A DNA stretch of 35,062 nt from Archangium sp. (GTDB taxonomy: Bacteria > Myxococcota > Myxococcia > Myxococcales > Myxococcaceae): NCBI GenBank assembly GCA_031367385.1, contig JANLPS010000284.1:1-35062 (forward strand), given 5' to 3'. Every line of letters starts with the position of its first letter. Within the stretch, counting starts at the first letter, position 1. Shown in pieces: positions 8,878 to 16,500 of the stretch. The notes under the pieces were generated by a model that was given only the letters and a program-made list of their open reading frames with translations, had not been told where the DNA came from and did no database searches. Made by a program: the position numbers and the translations under genes.

Positions 8878-10410
8878 TCACCAGACGTAGGTCAGACCGA
8901 GCGAGGCAGAGAGCCGCGGCAACACCGTTACTCCCGCATCTTTTCGAAGCACTGCGCCACCCGCCGAGCCCAGCAGGGTCGCTTCGAAGGGCCCGGCGAG
9001 GGGCACGCGGAGCTCGACGACCAGCACGGCCAGCGGCCCAGCCGAGGTGCGCGGGGGCAAGCTGGGCAGGTTCGATTGCAGCACCAACAGCGCGCCAAGG
9101 TCGACGCCGACCAAGATACTCAAGGAAGGGAAGATGAAGCGATGGCCGGTGCCGACCTGGGCTTGCAGCTCATGCTGAACGAATTGGGTCAAGGCGCCGG
9201 TGCCGGTTCTCCACGTGGCCGCCACGCTGATTTCGTTGAGGGCTTTGAAGACCGGCAGGTCGAAGCGAAAGCGGAGGTCGACGCCGGGTTGGGCCGACAG
9301 GCCGCCGACCAGGCCCGACGAGATGGCTCCTGCGAGCGAGAGTGCGAGCTGAGCCGGTGAGCCGCCTTTGACCGCCACGGCCCGCAGGCCCGAAGCGCGC
9401 TCGAGCTCGGCGTCACGAAGCACGACGGTGCCATCGGCAGGCACTTGCACCTGCCGCGAGAGGACTCCCGCGTCGGTGCGAAGTCTGACCGTGTACGACC
9501 CTGGAGGCAGCGCGAGGGTGAGTGTGCCCGTGGGTTTGGTCACGTCGGCCATCACCGCGTGGGTCGCGGTCTGGGTGATAAGCCAGTGGCCCGGGCTATC
9601 GACGCCGAGGGTCAGCTTCGAGTGGCTGCGCGCAGGCTCCGAGAGCACCAGCTGACCCTGGCCGTGGAGATCGACTTTCAGGTTGGGGTGCTGCACGCCC
9701 GCCGAGGAGCCGAAGGTCGACTCGAGGGTTCGTGACCAGGCCCAGGCATAGGCCTCGTCGAGGGTGACCCGGCCATCGCCTGATTCGTCGGCGGCTCCGC
9801 GGAGCCCGAGGACGAGGAAGTGGGTGAAGGCCGAGCCCCGGAGGGACTCTGATTCTTGCGCGTATTCGTCGGCGCCCGAGGCGGAGATGAGCACGCGGCC
9901 TTGAAGCCCACTCGCCTCGACCACGACTGGCGGCGCGTCGACGGGTACCAGGCCCTTGGCCCGGGTCATTGAACCGGCGCGGCAGGCGTCGATGATGAGC
10001 AGCCCGACATCGACTGGGGCTTGCTTGACGAAGTCGACGAGCTCGGCGAGCGGGAGCTCAGAGCCGTCGAGGTGGAGGGCGCCTTCGCCCGCGTGGCTCG
10101 AGACGTAGATGGTCAATCGATTGCCGCGCTGTGCGGCGCTCCGCATGGCGATGCGAAGCTCGTCGAGGGCGTGACGCACGCTGGCGGCGGAGGCTCCGAG
10201 CACCAGGGTGGCATCGGTGGGGGCGACCTGGCCGAGCTCGACGAGTACGTCTCGCATGCGCTGGGCGTCGTCTTCGGCGAAGCGAAGGGTCTCGTCGCCG
10301 ACGTTGCCCCGGTTCTCACCGACAATGAGTGCGAAGCGGCGCTCGGCCTGCGCAGGGGTGGCCACGAGCAGCGCGGCGAGGGCGAGGAAGGCCACCGAGC
10401 TCGAGCGCAT
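8878..10410 (-). CDS. Exported caspase-family (peptidase C14) protein with probable C-terminal outer-membrane beta-barrel (510 aa)
   Basis: Signal peptide MRSSSVAFLALAALLVATPAQA (ATG 10410). RFALIVGEN, LRFAEDDA, catalytic YVSSHA (His) and IIDACR (Cys), AQES..GSAFTHFL..GLRGAAD..DGRVTLDEAY. Then a small beta domain (LPPGSYTV) and amphipathic strands ending LGLTYVW. Confidence 0.88.
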   Translation of the reverse strand: MRSSSVAFLALAALLVATPAQAERRFALIVGENRGNVGDETLRFAEDDAQRMRDVLVELGQVAPTDATLVLGASAASVRHALDELRIAMRSAAQRGNRLTIYVSSHAGEGALHLDGSELPLAELVDFVKQAPVDVGLLIIDACRAGSMTRAKGLVPVDAPPVVVEASGLQGRVLISASGADEYAQESESLRGSAFTHFLVLGLRGAADESGDGRVTLDEAYAWAWSRTLESTFGSSAGVQHPNLKVDLHGQGQLVLSEPARSHSKLTLGVDSPGHWLITQTATHAVMADVTKPTGTLTLALPPGSYTVRLRTDAGVLSRQVQVPADGTVVLRDAELERASGLRAVAVKGGSPAQLALSLAGAISSGLVGGLSAQPGVDLRFRFDLPVFKALNEISVAATWRTGTGALTQFVQHELQAQVGTGHRFIFPSLSILVGVDLGALLVLQSNLPSLPPRTSAGPLAVLVVELRVPLAGPFEATLLGSAGGAVLRKDAGVTVLPRLSASLGLTYVW

Positions 10411-10437
10411 GCGATGCGAAGACGGGTGGCTCGGCGC

Positions 10438-10745
10438 CCGACCCCGCTGAGGGACTCGAGGGGCCGGAGGCGCTAGGTGCACGCGAATCGAAGCCGGGTT
10501 CGCGTCGCTCACCGCGAACGGCGATGCACCGACCCGCTCGCCCTGAGGGACTCGAAGGGCCAGAGGCTCGAGGTGCACGCGAATAGAACCCGGGTTCGCG
10601 TCGCTCACCGCGAACGGCGATGCACCGACCGCGCACCCCCGCTCGCCCTGAGGGACTCGAAGGGCCTGAGGGTAAGAGCGAACGCAAATAGAAGGCGGGT
10701 TCGCGTCGCTCAACGCGAACGGCCATGCACCGACCGCGCACCCCG
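10438..10745. repeat. Three REP-doublet (REPIN-like) units, periods 96 and 105 bp
   Basis: CCGCTCGCCCTGAGGGACTCGAAGGG (10534-10559, 10639-10664, degenerate copy ~10438-10463) is each followed by GGGTTCGCGTCGCTCA(C/A)CGCGAACGG (10496-10521, 10592-10617, 10697-10722). The two 26-mers are inverted relatives (18/26 identical). Confidence 0.85.
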
Positions 10746-10825
10746 CGTGCCAAACCCGTTCGGTCAAAGCGCAGTCGTTCGCACGCCAACGCCATGCATC
10801 GCGGGACGGCGCAGCCCCAACCTGG

Positions 10826-11015
10826 CCCCCAAACGCATGCTTTCGTGTTCCCGCAGCCTGTGCACGACCCCCAAACACGTGCTTTCGACCTCCCGCAGCC
10901 TGTGCACGACCCCCAAACACATGCTTTCGCGCTCCCGCAGCCTGTGCACGACCCCCAAACACGTGCTTTCGCGCTCCCGCAGCCTGTGCACGACCCCCAA
11001 ACACGTACTTTCGCG
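10826..11015. repeat. 42-bp tandem repeat, about 4.5 copies
   Basis: Consensus CCCCCAAACACGTGCTTTCGCGCTCCCGCAGCCTGTGCACGA starting at 10826, 10868, 10910 and 10952, with a partial copy at 10994. No unique spacers. Confidence 0.95.
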
Positions 11016-11063
11016 ACCCAACATCGCGAAATCTGGTCCGAGCGCAGACCCTCCGCCGCCGAT

Positions 11064-11735
11064 TCACGGAGTGACCTCGAGCCGCATCGACACCGTTCTC
11101 GTGCCCACGGCCCCGCCGTCAGGCATCGCCCGCAGCAGCGCATCGAGCGCCACCGACTCATCACTCAAAAACGCCCGCAACGTCAGCGACCCGGGAGTCA
11201 CCTGAAACTCCGCCAACTTCTCGCGCGCCCCGCCCTCGAGCCGCTGCGAACGGTCACCCTTGACTGGCCAGACGATGTCGACGCCGCCGCTCTCGTCGAC
11301 CGACAGCACCGCCGCATACGCCGCGCCGCCACCGCCCATCGCCAAGGTCACCGCGCTGCCCACCGGCACGCTCGTCACCGCGCCTCCATCGAGCAGCACC
11401 ACCAGCTCGGCCGTGCCCTTGACGCGATCGCCTCCACCCGAAGCCCCCAGGCGCATCACCAACACGAACGCCACCGCCACCGGCACCGCGAACGCGAGCA
11501 CCTTCACCCACCACGCCGCCGCAGGCCGTTCATTCGCGACCACGACCTGGCTCTGCAAAATGCCCAGCCTGCGCCGCGCCTCGGGCCGCTCGAGAAATGC
11601 CGCCGAAGCCGCTTTGCGCGCCACCACCGCACCAGCGCACTGCGCACACCCATCGACATGGGCCCGCGCCTCGGCTTCGACGGGCAGCCCCGCCGCCACC
11701 GAGTCGAGCACCAACGGCGAGACATGCTCACTCAC
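11064..11735 (-). CDS. Putative single-pass anti-sigma factor (ZAS/zf-HC2-like N-terminus, periplasmic beta domain; 223 aa)
   Basis: GTG 11735 with GGGAG SD. H..AHVDGCAQC (HxxxCxxC), TM helix WWVKVLAFAVPVAVAFVLVM, DRVKG, then a DUF4384-like beta sandwich (VLSVDESGGVDIVWP). Lies downstream of the ECF sigma. Confidence 0.78.
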   Translation of the reverse strand: MSEHVSPLVLDSVAAGLPVEAEARAHVDGCAQCAGAVVARKAASAAFLERPEARRRLGILQSQVVVANERPAAAWWVKVLAFAVPVAVAFVLVMRLGASGGGDRVKGTAELVVLLDGGAVTSVPVGSAVTLAMGGGGAAYAAVLSVDESGGVDIVWPVKGDRSQRLEGGAREKLAEFQVTPGSLTLRAFLSDESVALDALLRAMPDGGAVGTRTVSMRLEVTP

Positions 11736-11890
11736 GAACGAAGCTCCCTGCGCGGCACCGGGCTCATCGGAGCGGGAACCAAGCGCTGCCCCCTCGGCCT
11801 CGCGAACATCACGCACCGCCGAGGCGAGGCCACAACGCACCGCTGCTCAGGCACCCCATCGCCACGCACGCTGATCCACAGGCCGCTCAT
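11732..11890 (-). CDS. Possible 52-aa mini-ORF bridging sigma and anti-sigma
   Basis: ATG overlaps the sigma stop (ATGA) after a GGGAG SD; its TGA overlaps the anti-sigma GTG (GTGA). No recognisable domain. Confidence 0.3.
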   Translation of the reverse strand: MSGLWISVRGDGVPEQRCVVASPRRCVMFARPRGQRLVPAPMSPVPRRELRS

Positions 11891-12390
11891 GTCGTCGCTC
11901 CCTTCGGTAACGCGCCCAGCGCCGCCGCCTTCGCCCGCAACGCCTCGACCTCTCGGCCAATCGTCTTTCGCGACAGCCCGACCGTCTGCGCCACCTCGTC
12001 TTGGGTCAGCCCGTCGATGAACAACAACGTCGCCACCGCCAGCTCGCGCTCGGTCAAATGCCCCACCCATTTCTGCAATAAATTGCGCGCCTCGACCGCG
12101 CCCACCTCGCTCGGCGCCGCGGCTTCGACCGCGTTCTCTTCAGCGACCGGCTCGCGAAACCCGCGGCCCCGAATCACGTTCAAGCAAATGTTCGTCGCGA
12201 TGCGGTAGGCCCACGTCATCGGGTTCGCCTCACGTCGAAATTCGTCGGAGTGCACAATCATCTTCTCGAACACCTCCTGCACCGCGTCCCACGCGTCGTC
12301 GTCTCGACCCAGCAGCGTGCGCGCGCGGCGATACACCACCGGCGCACACTGTGCGTACAGCGCTTCGAGCTCCCGTCGGCTCAAGGGCAC
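11887..12390 (-). CDS. ECF-type RNA polymerase sigma-70 factor (167 aa)
   Basis: GTG 12390 with AGAGGAG SD. Region 2: LYAQCAPVVYRRARTLLG..DAWDAVQEVF..TWAYRIATNICLN. Region 4: DGLTQDEVAQTVGLSRKTI. Confidence 0.92.
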   Translation of the reverse strand: MPLSRRELEALYAQCAPVVYRRARTLLGRDDDAWDAVQEVFEKMIVHSDEFRREANPMTWAYRIATNICLNVIRGRGFREPVAEENAVEAAAPSEVGAVEARNLLQKWVGHLTERELAVATLLFIDGLTQDEVAQTVGLSRKTIGREVEALRAKAAALGALPKGATT

Positions 12391-12443
12391 CTGCGCACTC
12401 CTCTCTGACACGCCAGCGCGGGGCCGTGAGACATCACGTGGGT

Positions 12444-13529
12444 CTACAGCGCCAACACGCCCGACGCCTTGGTCATCAGCGCCAGCCGCCGTTGGGTGAC
12501 CGGGCTCGAGCCATCGATGAGCGACCGGGTCTCTTCGAGCACGCGCTCGAGGCTGAAGAGGTGCACCGACGAGTCATCGGTCGGCGTGCCGCCGCTCACT
12601 GGAGGCAACCACCCAACCATCTGATCGCTTTGCCCTTTTGCGAGCGCCGCCACCGCCGCGAAGCCCAAGCGGCCGGCCACCGCCCGGTCTTGGTAGCTCG
12701 GGTTGCCACCCCGCACCACGTGCCCCAGCACCGTCGCGCGAATCTCGAGGGTCGGCATCTCGGCTCGCATCGCCTCTTCGGTCATGCGCACCAGCCGCGT
12801 GCAGGGCGCCGAGACGCCCTCGGCCTTGATGATGAGAATGCGCCGCTTGCCCCGCGCGAACCCGTTGCGCACCACGTTCGACACGTCTTGCACCAGGTGC
12901 TCTTCGCTCTTGCCCTGCTCGCGAATCAGCACCGCGTCGGCGGCCATGGCCACGGCGCTGGCCATCGCCAGGTAGCCACAGTCACGCCCCATCACCTCGA
13001 CCACGAAGGCCCGTCGGTGCGCTCGCGCGGTGTCACTGATTCGGTCGCACGCTTCGACGATGGTGTTCAGCGCGGTGTCGACGCCGAGCGCGGTCGCGGT
13101 GCACCCGATGTCGTTGTCGATGGAGCCCGGTATGCCAATCACCTTCACGCCAAACTCGGTCGACAGCAGATGCGCGCCGGTCAACGAGCCGTTGCCGCCG
13201 ATGACGACCAACCCCTCGACCTCGTTCTTCTTCAGCTGTTCGAAGGCCGCCGCCCGGCCGTCGCGCTCGCGAAACCGGGCGCTGCGGGCCGAGCCGATCA
13301 TCGTGCCGCCCTGCCCCCCGGCCGCGTCGACCTCGACGTCGACCGAGACCTGGCCATTGGGCAGCACGTGGCTCAGCTCGCGAAACTTGCCGTCGATGAG
13401 GCCGTCGTACCCTTCGAGCACGCCGACGACCGAGAGGCCCTGCGCCGCCGCGAGCTTCGAGACCGCCCGAATCGCCGCGTTCATGCCGGGTGAATCACCG
13501 CCAGAGGTCAGCACTGCGAGCCGTTTCAT
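12444..13529 (-). CDS. pfkA: ATP-dependent 6-phosphofructokinase (361 aa)
   Basis: MKRLAVLTSGGDSPGMNAAIR (ATG 13529, AAGAGGAG SD), GGNGS, PGSIDND, VEVMGRDCG, LGHVVRGG. Confidence 0.92.
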   Translation of the reverse strand: MKRLAVLTSGGDSPGMNAAIRAVSKLAAAQGLSVVGVLEGYDGLIDGKFRELSHVLPNGQVSVDVEVDAAGGQGGTMIGSARSARFRERDGRAAAFEQLKKNEVEGLVVIGGNGSLTGAHLLSTEFGVKVIGIPGSIDNDIGCTATALGVDTALNTIVEACDRISDTARAHRRAFVVEVMGRDCGYLAMASAVAMAADAVLIREQGKSEEHLVQDVSNVVRNGFARGKRRILIIKAEGVSAPCTRLVRMTEEAMRAEMPTLEIRATVLGHVVRGGNPSYQDRAVAGRLGFAAVAALAKGQSDQMVGWLPPVSGGTPTDDSSVHLFSLERVLEETRSLIDGSSPVTQRRLALMTKASGVLAL

Positions 13530-13581
13530 GTGGGAATGCTCCTCTTGGAAATCGAAGTGTCTCGTACCTTGCGTCACCTGG

Positions 13582-16500
13582 CTACGGGGTCGTCGGAGGT
13601 GTCGTCGGTTTGGTCACCACCGCTGGAGCCGAGCGCCACAGCCCTCCGGTCGAGAAGGCCTGCCAGCCCCAGGTCAACCAGCGCAACAAGGCGAGCGCCA
13701 TCCACAATGACCAGGCGAGCATGGCCAGCCGGTAGACATTCATCGGCAACGAGACCACCCACGCGCGAGGGTACGCCGACTCGGTGCGATCTTGAAACCA
13801 CTGGAGCAACGAGGCGCTGCTGCCATTGCCTCGAATCTGCATCTCCGGGTGGCCGAGCAGGCCTTGGTACACGCTGATGCCGATGATCAGCAGCGCGGTG
13901 AAGGTCACGCCGACCAGCGCCAGCTGCCGCAGGTTGAACCACCCTCTCGACAATTCTGGCTTCTCTTTGCGCCAGCCGAGCAGTACCAGCCAGCCGAAGA
14001 CGAAGGCGATCGCCGCGATGGGCACCTGCGAGAGGCCGAGCGCGAGCAACACCCACTGCCGCGTCTTGAGTGGCGCCCACGGCACGCGTGAGAGGCCAAT
14101 CGAGACGAGCAGCAGCACCAACAAGAAGCTCCAGAACAGCACCGCCGGGCCCATGCGCGGGCCTCGCAAGAAGAGCACCCAGCGGTCGGTCGGCACATGC
14201 ACGCGCACCTCGGCGTTCACGGTCGGAGCGCCAACCTCGAGGCTGGGGGTCTCCCACGAGCTGCCTTGGCCGCTCGACTGTTTCCACACCAGCACCACCG
14301 ACTGCGAGCCCGGCACGAGGGGTATCGAGACCGTGTGCCCGTCTTGCCGAATTGGCTGCTGCGTGCCGTTGACGGTCACGTTGGTCAAGGTGGCGTCGTC
14401 GGGCAAGGTGAAGGCCTGCAGGCCTCCGCGTGACGAGCGCATGTTCGCGGTGAAGCGCACCTCGGTGCTGCGAACGCCAGGGGTCACGTCGAGCGACGAT
14501 TGATCGATGGTCAAGGTCTGCCCCGCGACGCCTTCGGGCCGCACCACCTCGATGGTCACTTTTTCGCCCGGCCAGGGCCTCCACTCGGGCAACCGAACTC
14601 CCGTCGCGTCTTGCTGGTGCACGACCGGTATGCCGCCCAGCTGCACGTGCCAGATGGGGCTGACATCGAGCCTCCACACCTCGACCCAGGGCACGTTGGT
14701 CGGCGCCGTCAGCGTGATCGGCGATTTGCTCTCGAGCACGCTCGACCACGAGACGCTCGATTCGCCAGCCGGCATGTTCACCAGCGCCTTGCCATTTTGC
14801 ACCCGCACATCAGACGAGGTGATCGATTCTCCCTGCAGCAATGGCACTTCGAGCACCACTGCGCTGCCAGTTGGGGTGAGCCGCTGCACGTTGGTCTCGA
14901 CGCTCCAGGTCAGGCCGAGTTGGAGCTCACGCTGCACCCGCACAAAAGGAGGCAAGGTGCCGGTCTGCAACGCCGCGGCCTTGCCCTTCTCATTCGTGGC
15001 CTTGCGCGAGAGCTGCAGGTTCGAATCGGCCACGCCGTCTTCGTGCAAGCCGTCGAGCGTCCACCCGTCGAGCTTCGCTTCGACGCGGTACGAGGGCATG
15101 CCCAGCGGCACCTGCACCGTGTCGCGTGGAGGCAGTGCGCCCTCGAGAATCACCTGGTGCGCGCCTTCGCTCACCGCCAACCACACCGTACCCTGTTCAT
15201 CTCGCACCAGGCCCGAAGCGGGCTTGCCGTCGAGCAGCACCGAGTCGGGCAACCAGTGCTGCGCTTGACCCGGCAACGGCACCGCGGTCTCTGCGCCAGA
15301 GAGCACCTCGAGCCGAATTCGCAAAGTGCTGGTGGTGGCCTCGAGCATCAACCGCGGGCTCGACGCACAGCTCGGCGCGCAGTCGGGCTTCTCGAGCAGA
15401 CGCGCTTTGAGCACAGCGAGCACATCGGAGCGCGGCGCGACCGGGGCTTCGGGTTCTTCAGGCTCATCGGGGCCACCGGCGAAGGCAGGCAGCGCGAAGA
15501 GCGCAAACAGCACCGCCATCGTCGACGCGCCGGTCTTGATCATTCGGCGAAGTGCAGGTGGCCAGAACGCACCGGGGAAGCCGAGCACGCAGAGCAATAG
15601 CACCGCGAGCAGCAGTACCCGCACGAAGGCGAGCACGAAGTTCACTTTGGGGCCGATCAGAAACAACGACAGCCGCTGGGCACGCTGCACGGGGCCTGAG
15701 AAGCCGATCGAGACCTTCTTCCAATCCCACCGGGGCAGGCCGGGGCCGGTCTGCACCATCGCGTTCTTGTCGTAGTCGCGAACGTTTAAGCTGCGCTTCT
15801 TGCCGGCGATGGCTTTCTTCGCTTGTGGAGGTGCCGAGTTGAGTGCGTCGTACCCCGCCGCCGAGCCCGAGCCCAAGCCCGAGCCGACGACGATGCCCGA
15901 CGGTTCTTCGGTCTGTTCGTAGTCGAGGTTGGAGGAGTCATTGGGCACGTTGTTCTGCGCGCGACCTTCGCGGCTGCGTTGGTATTGCGCCTCGTTCTGC
16001 GTCGAGTACTGCGACCACGACTCCATTTGGCCGAGCGAACGCTGCTGTGCGAGCGAGGGGTACATGCCGTGTCGAACGTGCTCGACCATGAACGAGACGG
16101 TGATGATGATCAGCGCCGCCCATACCGCCAGCCGGTACACCCGCATCAGCGTCTTGAACCAGCTGTTGGGCAACACCCGCATCAACGCTTCGCCCGCCAG
16201 CACCGCGAGCCAGATGTATTGCGGTACCGACTCTTCATGCCAGGTCAGCGTGAGCGTGAAGAAGGCCAGCACGCCCCACGCAATGCCGAACAGCCGGCCG
16301 ATCACGAGGGTGAGCACCAACACCAAGAAGATGTCGAGCAGTGACCATCGCTCGACCCAGGTGCCAGGCACCGAGTCGGCGCCCGAGACCGAGATCAAGC
16401 TCCACCCCGGAGGCAGCTGCAGCGTGGTCTGCACCGAGTCGAAATCGGCGTCCCACGAGACGGCGGAGATCGAATCGACCGGGCCGCTGATTCGACTGTC

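Noticed and set aside
10438..11015. CRISPR array
   Set aside because: The 42-bp units are contiguous with no spacers, the segments between the REP-like 26-mers are similar to each other rather than unique, and there are no cas genes.
10411..11067. 219-aa N-terminal extension of the caspase as a real domain (729-aa ORF)
   Set aside because: It is translated DNA repeats, and a clean signal peptide begins at ATG 10410. Kept only as a coupling/isoform hypothesis.
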